Positions 1-9,334 of a stretch of 64,000 bases of DNA are shown in pieces. The stretch is from the IMG/VR virus record IMGVR_UViG_3300021960_000018; one strand, written 5' to 3'. Within the stretch, counting starts at the first letter, position 1. The number at the start of each line of letters is the position of its first letter. This DNA is from a virus. Both the position numbers and the translations under genes were made by a program. Below the pieces are notes generated by a model that did not search any database, was not told the origin of the DNA, and was given only the letters and a program-made list of their open reading frames with translations.

Positions 1-505
1 TAGATCTTAGTAAAGAGGCCGTCCAGTAAGCTGATAGATGCCATGTCTCATCCAATTTAATCGCAGCATCTACCGTAGTACCACCAATATAAGTCTTACC
101 GGCATGCTTTTTAAGAACGGAGGGGGTAAAGTATTCTACTGGTTTATTTAAGGGTTCACCCATCACCGCTGCACAATATAGACACTGAAGACTTTCGGCA
201 AGAGCTGTCTGAAGTGTTCCGCCGCCTTTGCCTGCTCCCCCGCCACCAAAGATCGCAGTTTTACCAATTTTAGAAGAACTTATTTTAGTTCCGGCTTTTA
301 GAGTAAGATCGAATGGTTTCCCGGTAATCTTAAACATTTCTACAGACTGCAGATTTTGTTTATCGTTCTTGATCACGACCTCTTTATTATCAACTGTAAC
401 CAATTTCGTGCCATTCTTAATAGCCTCAACGAGAATGTCAATCCTAGGTTTCCCGGTTTGGGAATTAGGCTTCTTCCATTCCTGAGGAGTCATTGCTACT
501 GGCAT
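1..505 (-). CDS. Hypothetical phage protein, 3' end outside window
   Basis: Open frame read manually from ATG at 505 (MPVAMTPQEWKKPN...FGGGGAGKGGG...) to the window edge; not in the ORF track. Confidence 0.7.
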   Translation of the reverse strand, partial: MPVAMTPQEWKKPNSQTGKPRIDILVEAIKNGTKLVTVDNKEVVIKNDKQNLQSVEMFKITGKPFDLTLKAGTKISSSKIGKTAIFGGGGAGKGGGTLQTALAESLQCLYCAAVMGEPLNKPVEYFTPSVLKKHAGKTYIGGTTVDAAIKLDETWHLSAYWTASLLRS

Positions 506-550
506 CTTTGTACTCTGTTATCATTGTTTAGTTATATTTATGATATTTTT

Positions 551-588
551 AGAATACAAAAAACCCGAGAGTTCGTAAACCCCCGGGT
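551..588 (-). promoter_or_regulatory. Early-type promoter (TTTACG-N17-TATTCT) overlapping an intrinsic terminator hairpin
   Basis: Minus strand CCCGGGGG-TTTACGAA-CTCTCGGG-TTTTTT; exact 17-nt spacer. Confidence 0.65.
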
Positions 589-595
589 TAAAATT

Positions 596-847
596 TTATC
601 GATTGTAGATGTAAACGTCTGCAGTTGTCGCGTATTTCAGCGGTAGAGATTGATTATAGCGCCGTACGCCTTGACGGTGACCACGACCTTGAAGTTTGAC
701 ATACATCTGACGTTTACCGGATTCACGGAGCTTGGCATTTGCTTCCTTAACCAGTTTACGAGCAATAGCCACCATGTTCATGTCGGCAGCGTCCGAAAGG
801 TCCACAGTGCCCATATAGGAATCAGTACGGTTTTCGTTGATGATCAT
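596..847 (-). CDS. Small early hypothetical protein
   Basis: ORF with AAGGAG SD directly below an early promoter. Confidence 0.75.
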   Translation of the reverse strand: MIINENRTDSYMGTVDLSDAADMNMVAIARKLVKEANAKLRESGKRQMYVKLQGRGHRQGVRRYNQSLPLKYATTADVYIYNR

Positions 848-873
848 ATCAGTATCTCCTTGTTGATAGTACT

Positions 874-907
874 AATATAAGGATTTACTTTTCATTTGTA
901 AACCCCC
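874..907 (-). promoter_or_regulatory. T4-like early promoter GGGGTTTACA-N17-TATATT
   Basis: Near-identical motif at 2514-2547 and 3601-3634; matches the T4 early GTTTAC -35 element. Confidence 0.85.
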
Positions 908-931
908 TATTTACATTTTTTTCGAAAAAAA

Positions 932-1153
932 TTAAAGACCCAAGATTCGAGCTGCTTCACGCTTGTTGTCATGGGGCAAAGGATTTCCTGCCATGATATG
1001 TTCTACGATCTGATGGAAGTAAAATGCAGCGTCTTCTTGACCTTCGGCATCGAGTACTTCTGCGCAGTCACGAAAGAACATCTTAAGTTTCATGTCCTGC
1101 ATGCCATCACCAAGAGCTGCCTTGTGGGTCTTACCGGCTCGTTGATTGCTCAT
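932..1153 (-). CDS. Small hypothetical protein
   Basis: Start reassigned to MSNQRAGK (GGAGG SD); member of an overlapping early gene run. Confidence 0.65.
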   Translation of the reverse strand: MSNQRAGKTHKAALGDGMQDMKLKMFFRDCAEVLDAEGQEDAAFYFHQIVEHIMAGNPLPHDNKREAARILGL

Positions 1154-1325
1154 ACCATCCTCCTTTTTTGAGCATCTGTTTAAAGTTGACAAGGTCATTG
1201 GGACTAAGACGAATCTCAGACGCAGGAACACCGTCATCTTTACTATACTGCTTTAGCGTAGTTCCGTAAATCCCCTCGTTGAGGTAATATACGTGTCTAT
1301 GATTATCGTGTACGTACTTAGTCAT
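1131..1325 (-). CDS. Small hypothetical protein
   Basis: ORF overlapping both neighbours. Confidence 0.6.
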   Translation of the reverse strand: MTKYVHDNHRHVYYLNEGIYGTTLKQYSKDDGVPASEIRLSPNDLVNFKQMLKKGGWYEQSTSR

Positions 1326-1512
1326 AATAGTCCGGATGAGTTAGGATCCAAAGACATTCTGACTGACCTTCATAGTCAGGATCAGGATACATCATTTCAC
1401 ACTTTTCATGTGGAAAGTTATATAGTCCGGATTTGGGAAAAAAATGATAATCGATTACAACGCCCCAGCCAGAGATGGCTAGGGCCCATGCAACTACAGT
1501 GGATCGTGACAT
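1318..1512 (-). CDS. Small hypothetical protein with hydrophobic N-terminus
   Basis: Start reassigned to MSRSTVVAW, after a GAGG SD. Confidence 0.55.
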   Translation of the reverse strand: MSRSTVVAWALAISGWGVVIDYHFFPKSGLYNFPHEKCEMMYPDPDYEGQSECLWILTHPDYYD

Positions 1513-1522
1513 TATATTCCTC

Positions 1523-2479
1523 TTAGGCGGCAGTGGCAAAAGCCACTGCCTGCTCTGCTGCAACAACCTTACGTGCTGCGTTCTGACCAAACCACTGAGA
1601 GTGGAGACGGTTATCTGCGTTACGACCTTGAATGTGATCAGTAACGAAAGTCACCGAGTTGAAAGCCTGCCACCAAGTACCGGCAGCATATTCTGCACCA
1701 GGCTGAACTTCCAGAGCATCGTAGCAAAGCTTAGCGTTGCGGGAAAGATCTTCGTAAACCGTAACCTCTTTCGGAGTTTCAGTGCGCGAAGTATTCGGGA
1801 ACACAGTGTTGTAGTACTGAATAAGCGATTCAGCGGTAACCTTACGCGAACCAAGGAACTGTGCCATTTCTTTGTACTTGGCAAATTTCTCATGAGCAAT
1901 ACCAAGTGTTTCTTTTACCATATCAGGATTGAACTCAGTGCGGTGAGAAAGACGAACACTGTTTTTAGACTCTTGATTCAGAGACATAGTAAGAGTGTTG
2001 TTGCAAACCACGCGAATGGGCGTGAAACGAACGTCGATGGATTTACCGTATTTGTGGGGGTTGCTAAAGAGAAGGTACGAATCGATCTTATCTTCACCGA
2101 AAACGTCAAACGATTCTTTTACTTTAGCAAGTGCCCAAACGTACTCGCCATCGCGAAGAGAACCAGCGGTGTGCATTTCCATGTCACCTGCGAGAACGAA
2201 CTCCGAGAAGAATTCGAAAGCGGTTTCGTTTTGAACCGGATTCCAGTTTTCACCGATATTGGTAAGGATGCGCCCGTCAGTGGAACGAACCAGCGATTTC
2301 TGACCGGTGGCCTTACGTTCACCGTTAAACTCGATGAAGGATTCAACAGCGTGAACTTCCCAATCGACGCCAGCTTTCTGCATCATCTGAGCGGGGGTAA
2401 GATCGTTGCTAACCTCTTCACCCAGTCCATGCCAGGGCAGCTCGCCAGCGTAAGCCATCGTTTCAACCATATGTGCCAT
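1523..2479 (-). CDS. DUF932 family phage/plasmid protein
   Basis: MAH..ETMAY....PWHGLG start; TPIRVVCNNTL; GTWWQAFNSVT. Confidence 0.9.
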   Translation of the reverse strand: MAHMVETMAYAGELPWHGLGEEVSNDLTPAQMMQKAGVDWEVHAVESFIEFNGERKATGQKSLVRSTDGRILTNIGENWNPVQNETAFEFFSEFVLAGDMEMHTAGSLRDGEYVWALAKVKESFDVFGEDKIDSYLLFSNPHKYGKSIDVRFTPIRVVCNNTLTMSLNQESKNSVRLSHRTEFNPDMVKETLGIAHEKFAKYKEMAQFLGSRKVTAESLIQYYNTVFPNTSRTETPKEVTVYEDLSRNAKLCYDALEVQPGAEYAAGTWWQAFNSVTFVTDHIQGRNADNRLHSQWFGQNAARKVVAAEQAVAFATAA

Positions 2480-2513
2480 AATATATCTCCAAGTGTGTGT
2501 GTTTGATAGTAGT

Positions 2514-2547
2514 AATATAAGGTATTACGAATCGTTTGTAAACCCCC
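2514..2547 (-). promoter_or_regulatory. Early promoter TTTACA-N17-TATATT
   Basis: Repeat of the 874-907 motif. Confidence 0.85.
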
Positions 2548-2900
2548 TAATTCAAATAATTACGACATTTTTTCAGTTTTTTCGAAATAAATTCTGGATC
2601 ATTGATCTGTCGGTTTAGTGGGGAAGGGTGAGGAAGCACGAAATGTTCTACATTAAGCTGAGAAAGGAATTTAGAAACCAGTCCACCTAAGGCTATTACT
2701 TTCTCGTGCCCGCGTACGCACGAGAGCACGTACTCGCGGTCGATCGCGCGCTTGTCCCAGTAAGGGTCATGGGATAGATTAGTAAATGCTACAATACCCA
2801 CCCCGAGGTCATCGATCCAGTCTTGTAAACGATACCAAGCACATCCCTTTCGGTACTGTGCCTTGGTAGGATTTAATCCGACAATTAAGGTCATCCCCAA
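2547..2900 (-). CDS. Uracil-DNA glycosylase-like fold protein
   Basis: IVGLNP motif, KVIALG, LPHPSPLN. Confidence 0.7.
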   Translation of the reverse strand: MGMTLIVGLNPTKAQYRKGCAWYRLQDWIDDLGVGIVAFTNLSHDPYWDKRAIDREYVLSCVRGHEKVIALGGLVSKFLSQLNVEHFVLPHPSPLNRQINDPEFISKKLKKCRNYLN

Positions 2901-3169
2901 TCCTTACGATCTTCCTCGTGGTTCCAACCGTATGCATATTGGAAGATTTCATCCGAAGTCATTTCATCCATTTCGATTCGACGGCCAAAGCCGGTGCCTT
3001 CGGGATACCAATGGGGGCTGAACTTTCGACCATAGTAACGATCCGCACTTCCACGATCTTGCGGGGATCCGTGAACTGGAAGTTTATTAGAATCTTTGGG
3101 AATGATCCCTCTACGAATATTTTCCGGATAAACGGTAATAAAACCGTCGTCTTCGATTTCACTGTCCAT
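2891..3169 (-). CDS. Hypothetical phage protein
   Basis: HGSPQDRGSADRYYGR segment; start reassigned to MDSEIE. Confidence 0.7.
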   Translation of the reverse strand: MDSEIEDDGFITVYPENIRRGIIPKDSNKLPVHGSPQDRGSADRYYGRKFSPHWYPEGTGFGRRIEMDEMTSDEIFQYAYGWNHEEDRKDWG

Positions 3170-3170
3170 A

Positions 3171-3575
3171 TTATGCAGCCTCCCATTCTTCAAACTTAAC
3201 AATGCCCATCAACTCTTTGACGAGTTCTTTCCCATAGTCGGTGAACAGAATTCCTTGTTTCCAGACCCAATGCTCAACATCCTGCTGGTGATAGAACTTT
3301 TCACCTTCAGTCATCCAGCGGAGAACATCTTCACGCGCAGGACGGCCATCAGCATACTCGTAGCACTTTTCGATCCAAGCTTCAAAGTTGGCAATAGCTT
3401 CCGCTTTCGCTTTCTCCTCACGCACCATTTCCTGGAGGAAATCTTGCTCCATATTGTCCCAGATATCCTGCTTACGCTCAGGAGTGGCATCGTAGAATTC
3501 ATCATTTCCACCAGGACGGAATCCGTAGGTGTCCTTGTGGAAGTCCGAGAAGAGCTCTTCAGAGTAAGTAAACAT
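3171..3575 (-). CDS. Early hypothetical phage protein
   Basis: SDFHKDTYGFRP N-terminus; SD and early promoter upstream. Confidence 0.8.
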   Translation of the reverse strand: MFTYSEELFSDFHKDTYGFRPGGNDEFYDATPERKQDIWDNMEQDFLQEMVREEKAKAEAIANFEAWIEKCYEYADGRPAREDVLRWMTEGEKFYHQQDVEHWVWKQGILFTDYGKELVKELMGIVKFEEWEAA

Positions 3576-3600
3576 GAGGTATCTCCTTGTTGATACTACT

Positions 3601-3634
3601 AATATAAGCCTTTTCGAATCGTTTGTAAACCCCC
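3601..3634 (-). promoter_or_regulatory. Early promoter TTTACA-N17-TATATT
   Basis: Third copy of the motif. Confidence 0.85.
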
Positions 3635-3648
3635 TTTTTACATTTTTT

Positions 3649-4209
3649 TCACTTTTTTAGTTGTTCGAATCCCCAGTTTTTCTCTCTGCATTGCCAACAC
3701 TCCCCACACTCTTCACCAGATGTTTTTCTGATGCAACTTCTCGTCTGTGATAGATCTATAGATAGTTGGTTAGCAAGATCGATAATGTGGTACTTGTATA
3801 GGTGTAAGAACGGGGTCTGCAATCTGGGAGTAGCAATGTTCCAGGGTCGACCTGGCTTGTCAGATGTGGCAAACTCTGGGAAGTATTCAAGGGGAGGAGT
3901 ATGGTTGATACCATAATATAGATTATCAATATCATAGTTTTTAAGAATATAATCTATAGCCGTGGGCACTCTTGCCCAATGTTCAGTAGTAAGTTCTGCG
4001 ATTTCGATTACGGGTTTGTTGGTAATAGCCTTTACTCTAGCGCTACTATCAAACCCGTCAGCTCTTGCAATATTAAAGATTATGGGATTATCAAGTAAAT
4101 GATACATGACAAAACTATCAATCCCGCCAGACATAATAATACCGGGCTTTTTATCGGTTGGGATATTGACTACCCTTTGATCCCATTCAGGTCCGCATAT
4201 ATATTGCAT
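3649..4209 (-). CDS. QueC-like PP-loop ATPase (short, divergent)
   Basis: SGGIDS PP-loop; SC-x8-CGECWQC Zn motif; start at MQYIC after GGAGG. Confidence 0.75.
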   Translation of the reverse strand: MQYICGPEWDQRVVNIPTDKKPGIIMSGGIDSFVMYHLLDNPIIFNIARADGFDSSARVKAITNKPVIEIAELTTEHWARVPTAIDYILKNYDIDNLYYGINHTPPLEYFPEFATSDKPGRPWNIATPRLQTPFLHLYKYHIIDLANQLSIDLSQTRSCIRKTSGEECGECWQCREKNWGFEQLKK

Positions 4210-4240
4210 AACAATCCTCCAAATCATAAGGTATATATCT

Positions 4241-5017
4241 ATGTATGACACTGTTGTTTCAGGATGTAGTTTTACTGCAGCTAATTTCAAGAGTCACGCA
4301 GCGCCTGATGTTGATACTAGCTGGCCAAAATGGCCTGAGTTATTAGGCAATGAAATGGGTTGGAGTGTATTAAATGTTGCCAAAAGCGGATACTCAAACG
4401 AAAGGATATGCGAAGAGGCCATAGAGGCTATAAAGGAAAATAGTAATATAAAAAGATGTATCATTGCTGCATCTGGATGGACTAGGTTTTCTCTTTTCGG
4501 ATATAATTTTATGTGGGATTTTATAATGCAAAAGGAAACCGGACTAGAGGTAATGAAATTGTGGGGTGATGAAGATCCAGAAACGAATCCTATCTATTTA
4601 AAACAAACTCGAGATTTAAAAGAAATAGTACGATTGGTGGAAGTTAAAGAAGAAAAAGCATATCGCCACAGTCTTAAAAAACAACTATACGCATTGGATT
4701 ATTTAAGATTAGTTTGTAAGCAGCGCAATATAGAATTATATTTCTTCCAGATGTTACCAATAGTTAATCATCTTTTTATTGATAGATATAATATAAAACA
4801 GCAGGTCCTGAATAGTTATGAATATAAAACTATGAAAAGGGAATGTAAATTTATTAAACGATACGATTCATTATATGAAAATAATATTATATTAATGAGT
4901 TTTTCAGATAAGAAATTATCTGATAAAGATTTAAGAGTTTCTGAATACGATCAGCATCCTAATAAATTATGTCATGAACTCATTGCACTATGGTTAAAGG
5001 AAGAAATAAATGGTTAA
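4241..5017 (+). CDS. SGNH/GDSL-like hydrolase or acyltransferase
   Basis: GCSFT block I, N-A-SG-SN block II, DQHPN..H block V. Confidence 0.7.
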   Translation: MYDTVVSGCSFTAANFKSHAAPDVDTSWPKWPELLGNEMGWSVLNVAKSGYSNERICEEAIEAIKENSNIKRCIIAASGWTRFSLFGYNFMWDFIMQKETGLEVMKLWGDEDPETNPIYLKQTRDLKEIVRLVEVKEEKAYRHSLKKQLYALDYLRLVCKQRNIELYFFQMLPIVNHLFIDRYNIKQQVLNSYEYKTMKRECKFIKRYDSLYENNIILMSFSDKKLSDKDLRVSEYDQHPNKLCHELIALWLKEEING

Positions 5018-5885
5018 TCATGAGATAGTTGTTATATCATATTTTGGTGAGTTAGAACTGTGTAAACTTCAATTGAAATCATTTGAGGCACATGTAGAAT
5101 CCACAACAATTAATATTATTGTAAACGAACCAGATGTGCAAAGATTTATCAATGGCGTTAAACCGGTTGTTGATAGAATGGTCAATCACAAGGTAGTTTT
5201 CTGGCCAGCAACAGATATAGCAACCTTTCCTCCAATTGAGCAGACAAGATATCTTCCTCGTAATGATCCATTTATGTCATGGGATAGTGCTGTAGAATGC
5301 ATAGACACACTTCATGCTGGATATGGCTGGGTCTTACAACAAGCTTTGAAATTACTGTTTGCGCTCAAGCACAATAAAGATTACGTTGTTTGTGATACTA
5401 AAGACATTTTTATGTATCCTTGTAGTGCTTATGAACTTGACACAAAACAATATGATGATTTTGGAACAGGGTGGGAAAAGAAAAGTTTATGGACTCATCC
5501 TTTTCAAAAAGACTATTATGAAGATGTTGCCAAAAGGTTTGGCGGAGATGTAGATAGAGATACAATCAACGATTATTTAACACCACAAGTCATTCGACAC
5601 GAAGCTGTTTATAAAATTATTGAGCACTTTGGATCAAAAGAAAAATTTATTGAATGGTTTATGTCGTACAAATTTATGTCAGAATTTATTATTCATGACT
5701 ATTGTGTAAAGATATTAGGTCTTCCTGAGAAGCGTAGACAGCCAAGCAATTTTATCACTTATGATCCTAAGGTTCCGTCTGATCATAAAGTTATCAAGTT
5801 TCATAGATCAATATATGAAAGACCGGGAACCAGACACCACTGGGATAATATAGAAAACTATATCAACGGATGTTTAAAATGGTAG
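5010..5885 (+). CDS. DUF6492-like putative glycosyltransferase
   Basis: GWxxQQxLKL, DxKxxF and SEFxxx motifs; paralogous to 6468-7289. Confidence 0.55.
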   Translation: MVNHEIVVISYFGELELCKLQLKSFEAHVESTTINIIVNEPDVQRFINGVKPVVDRMVNHKVVFWPATDIATFPPIEQTRYLPRNDPFMSWDSAVECIDTLHAGYGWVLQQALKLLFALKHNKDYVVCDTKDIFMYPCSAYELDTKQYDDFGTGWEKKSLWTHPFQKDYYEDVAKRFGGDVDRDTINDYLTPQVIRHEAVYKIIEHFGSKEKFIEWFMSYKFMSEFIIHDYCVKILGLPEKRRQPSNFITYDPKVPSDHKVIKFHRSIYERPGTRHHWDNIENYINGCLKW

Positions 5886-6508
5886 AGTATACTACTGATC
5901 AAGAGATAGACCAAAGTTATAGATTTCTTGATGTAGCTTATCCTAAGGAAGATCTATTAAAAGATCTCAATTGGCATTTGACTAATAGTTACGCAGGAAC
6001 CTACACGCTATGTCCTGCACAAAGTTTTGTGCCGTGGAAAGAAAATGTTAAGTCAGAATTCTTCTTTGATTTGTATAGAAAGATAGAGAGTGTTTGGCCA
6101 CATGTAGATGAGCGATCAACTGGATACTATTATTACAAAGATGAGGGGATAGGTTTACAGCCGCACACTGATAAGCACGGAGATCATCCTGGTAAATATT
6201 ATACTTTACTGTTCCCCTTAGAAGGTCTTGGTATTCTTAGATTCTATAAAGAGAAAGAACACCTATTAAAGACTTCATATGTCGATCCGTTTTATAACAT
6301 ATATGATGATAATCCAGTTCAAGAGATAGGGTCTGTATTAATTGATAAACCCATGATATTTAATCCTACTGAAATTGTTCATGCGTTAGACATTGTTGAA
6401 CGAGAACGAAAGATCTTAATGATTAGATATCATAGTGCTCCTGATATAGATCAGTTTAAGATAATTTTTGAAGAGAGATGGAATGAAACTTTTAACGGTA
6501 ACGTGTGA
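5870..6508 (+). CDS. 2OG-Fe(II)/cupin-fold oxygenase-like protein
   Basis: PHTD...H...R arrangement. Confidence 0.55.
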   Translation: MFKMVEYTTDQEIDQSYRFLDVAYPKEDLLKDLNWHLTNSYAGTYTLCPAQSFVPWKENVKSEFFFDLYRKIESVWPHVDERSTGYYYYKDEGIGLQPHTDKHGDHPGKYYTLLFPLEGLGILRFYKEKEHLLKTSYVDPFYNIYDDNPVQEIGSVLIDKPMIFNPTEIVHALDIVERERKILMIRYHSAPDIDQFKIIFEERWNETFNGNV

Positions 6509-7289
6509 AAGGGACTTAACTTGGTTTCTTATACAATGTGAAAGTATTCAAAAATATCTAGAACCATGCACACACTATGTTATCATAAATGAAAAACAAT
6601 ATGATTTGAATTTATGGAAACAAAGAATAGAAAAATATTATACAAACCACACTTTAGTTTTTCTTAATTATGATATTAGTAATTTAGAGATTGGTTGGAA
6701 ACATCCAGAATACAATCATCAATTTTTAGATTATGAAGGGTGGGTAACGCAAATGGCTTTAAAGTATTTGGCCTTTAAAGACATTCAAGATGATTATCTT
6801 ATTTTAGATTCTAAAAATTTTTTTATTAATCATACGTCATTAAACCATTTTAAAGATCAAATCGGATCTGGTCGGACCTGTACTCTTTTACCTTGGTGGG
6901 ATGAAACAGTAAAATGTTATTCAGATTATTTTGGAAAGACTCCTAAAAAGATTCATCTATCAATAGATACTCCGTTTGTATTTCATAAAGCAATTCTTGA
7001 TCGAATATCCGATTATGATAAATTTATTGAATGGTTTATTTCTCAATCGGTTATGCCTAGCGAATTTATATTATATAATTATCTAACATCCTTTTCGGAA
7101 GAAGATATATCAAGATACAAAACCTTTTGGGATCATGATCAATTGGAACAGTATAATTTATCCGATTTGAATAATTATCTTGTGGTAGGATTTCACAGAC
7201 AGGTTATTGGTAGAATAAGTAAATACAAGATTGATGAAATCAATCAATTCTTAAAATTAAAAGGTATACATGACACCGTTTTCGTATAG
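6468..7289 (+). CDS. DUF6492-like putative glycosyltransferase
   Basis: GWVTQMALK, LDSKNFFI, TPFVFH, SEFILY. Confidence 0.6.
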   Translation: MKRDGMKLLTVTCERDLTWFLIQCESIQKYLEPCTHYVIINEKQYDLNLWKQRIEKYYTNHTLVFLNYDISNLEIGWKHPEYNHQFLDYEGWVTQMALKYLAFKDIQDDYLILDSKNFFINHTSLNHFKDQIGSGRTCTLLPWWDETVKCYSDYFGKTPKKIHLSIDTPFVFHKAILDRISDYDKFIEWFISQSVMPSEFILYNYLTSFSEEDISRYKTFWDHDQLEQYNLSDLNNYLVVGFHRQVIGRISKYKIDEINQFLKLKGIHDTVFV

Positions 7290-7818
7290 GATACATAAGA
7301 ATCCATATGATGTAAATAAAATGTATGATGAAGCCATGGAAAGAAGGCTTAATCCAACTTACAACTTGAAGTTGGTAAAAGAGAGTTTATGGAATCATAA
7401 TTTTTGGTATGTAGAAGATAGAGAGAAATGGGAAACATTTAATAAGATTGCTCCGCTTACGAAGGCCATTGGATGGGATGGTCACGAATGGGATTATCAT
7501 GTTTGCTATTGGGAGTGGAACCCCGCAGATACGTTAGAGACTCATATTGATGATCCGGCTATAGGCAGAGGCAATCTTTTAGTTCCCATCATAGGTGAAA
7601 CCACCACTTACTTCTACGATATAGTTGATGAAAAAGATGTGGCAAAGCCTGGGGAATCAAGACCGTATAAAGAAATTGAAACCGATCCACGACAAAGTAC
7701 TTTTTCAATTACATATGGTCCAGGGGAAGTCCTAGAAATTGAAAACAGCATGTGGTATCACAGTGTACACCCTAAACAAGAATATAGATTACATATGCAA
7801 TTGAGGTTAGCATGGTAG
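7270..7818 (+). CDS. 2OG-Fe(II)/cupin-fold oxygenase-like protein
   Basis: HID...WYHSV...R. Confidence 0.55.
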   Translation: MTPFSYRIHKNPYDVNKMYDEAMERRLNPTYNLKLVKESLWNHNFWYVEDREKWETFNKIAPLTKAIGWDGHEWDYHVCYWEWNPADTLETHIDDPAIGRGNLLVPIIGETTTYFYDIVDEKDVAKPGESRPYKEIETDPRQSTFSITYGPGEVLEIENSMWYHSVHPKQEYRLHMQLRLAW

Positions 7819-8246
7819 ATATTGAGAGAATCTTAGAAGAGCTAATAATTGTTCCTTCCGGTCTTCAGGTATGCCTGCAGGGGGTAGAAGGAATTGATGA
7901 TCCATTCTATGGCACTGGTAAACTTCAAAACGTAAATCATACAGAAGATATGTTTACAGTTCCATTGTTCGATATACCCTATACCAACTCAATTATTAAA
8001 CAGTTAGGTATGACTAGAACCCGAGTAATGAGAATGGCGCCGATCAGTTGTTATTCTTATCATCAAGATCCAACTCCTAGAATGCACATTCCATTAGTCA
8101 CTAATGATAATTGCTTTATGGTATTAGACGATAAAGTAGAACGATATCCAGCAGATGGAAACTACTATTTGGTAGACACTACTAAAAAACACACTTTTGT
8201 AAATGCATCATGGGAAGAGAGAATCCATCTTGTTGGATGTGTTTGA
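7812..8246 (+). CDS. Aspartyl/asparaginyl beta-hydroxylase family protein
   Basis: YSYHQD..RMHIPLVTN...DTTKKHTFVN....RIHLV. Confidence 0.75.
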   Translation: MVDIERILEELIIVPSGLQVCLQGVEGIDDPFYGTGKLQNVNHTEDMFTVPLFDIPYTNSIIKQLGMTRTRVMRMAPISCYSYHQDPTPRMHIPLVTNDNCFMVLDDKVERYPADGNYYLVDTTKKHTFVNASWEERIHLVGCV

Positions 8247-8792
8247 ATATCTTACCTCATCAATGTAACTAATATCACCAGTGTAAAATATGTTCTGATA
8301 ACTATCTTTGTAGATCAATTCTACAGGATCTTTATACAATTCCCAGTCTGCAAATATATCTGGTCTGCCACGTTTTAATCTTTCAAAGAATTTACCAGAA
8401 CGATCTCTGCTCCATATAATTAGTGGATATTCTTTTCTTAGTATTTCCAAACTATATTTCAATTCTTTGAAGTCGTCTACCTTCTCTAAAGGTTTAGTAC
8501 CATCTGTTCGATAGTTAGGATAAGAATAATAACGACTAAACACTCTAACAACATTGTCAGATAATTTTTCACTACCACTGGCTAATATTGGCTGTTCACC
8601 GTCAAAGCATATATTGTATAGATGCATGCGATGCAGGTTCAATCTTTCTCTCGAGTAATTGACACCCAGCCTATCGTTTGCAGCAAATGTGGTTAAATCA
8701 TCAATAGCATTTTCACATCTAAACAAATCGTGATTTGTTAGATCGGGATTGATCTGTCCTTTATAGAAAAAAGTTAATAGCTCTATGTTCAT
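8208..8792 (-). CDS. Hypothetical protein, possible GNAT-like fold
   Basis: RVFSRYYSYPNYR resembles GNAT motif A; 4-nt overlap with upstream gene. Confidence 0.5.
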   Translation of the reverse strand: MNIELLTFFYKGQINPDLTNHDLFRCENAIDDLTTFAANDRLGVNYSRERLNLHRMHLYNICFDGEQPILASGSEKLSDNVVRVFSRYYSYPNYRTDGTKPLEKVDDFKELKYSLEILRKEYPLIIWSRDRSGKFFERLKRGRPDIFADWELYKDPVELIYKDSYQNIFYTGDISYIDEVRYSNTSNKMDSLFP

Positions 8793-9334
8793 TTGTAAAT
8801 GGCCTTAGACTGTATCTTTTGAAAAAATGCTTGGCCGTGTTCTATTTGAAACAATTTACACAATTGAGAACATGATGCAAAACTGTTGATGCCAAGCATC
8901 GGCCATTTTTTGGAATCATCATCTAACTCGAAAAAATAATCGTCAACGACTAGAATGCCATCTATCTTCAATAGCCTTTCCAATAAAAACAAAGCTCCTG
9001 CATTATCTGCAGCTGACTTTGCTGCATCCAAATATATGAAGTCGTATTGCTCTTCGTGGGGTAATTTGCCAATGGTTTCTAAAGCATCTCCTTTATAGTA
9101 TGTAATCTTATCTTCCCACTGCTTTACGTTGTGGTATAAGTTGTCTACATAGCTATGATGCAATTCATCAACAATGTCTAGTTTACCTTGATCGCCGACA
9201 AGATTCTCCAGAATCCATATAGTAGATCTGCCTTCATAACATCCAACTTCTAAACAATTTAAGTTAGTAGGAAGCTGAAGAGAAGACCAAACCTTTCCTC
9301 TATCATTGAAAAAATCATGAGTGAATTTGTACAT
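8789..9334 (-). CDS. Class I SAM-dependent methyltransferase (Methyltransf_24-like)
   Basis: LEVGCYEGRS, YDFIYLDA, LKIDGILVVDDY. Confidence 0.85.
   Translation of the reverse strand: MYKFTHDFFNDRGKVWSSLQLPTNLNCLEVGCYEGRSTIWILENLVGDQGKLDIVDELHHSYVDNLYHNVKQWEDKITYYKGDALETIGKLPHEEQYDFIYLDAAKSAADNAGALFLLERLLKIDGILVVDDYFFELDDDSKKWPMLGINSFASCSQLCKLFQIEHGQAFFQKIQSKAIYK

Noticed and set aside
1475-2506. 343-aa plus-strand ORF
   Set aside because: Antisense shadow of the DUF932 gene; no motifs, SD or promoter seen
857-3650. Three similar repeats of about 50 nt as a possible CRISPR array or mobile-element ends
   Set aside because: They are kilobases apart, each precedes a gene, and they match early promoters with exact 17-nt spacing
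3649-4209. 7-deazaguanine DNA modification inferred from the QueC-like gene
   Set aside because: No queD, queE, folE or dpdA in the window and the protein is short; cannot be supported from this sequence
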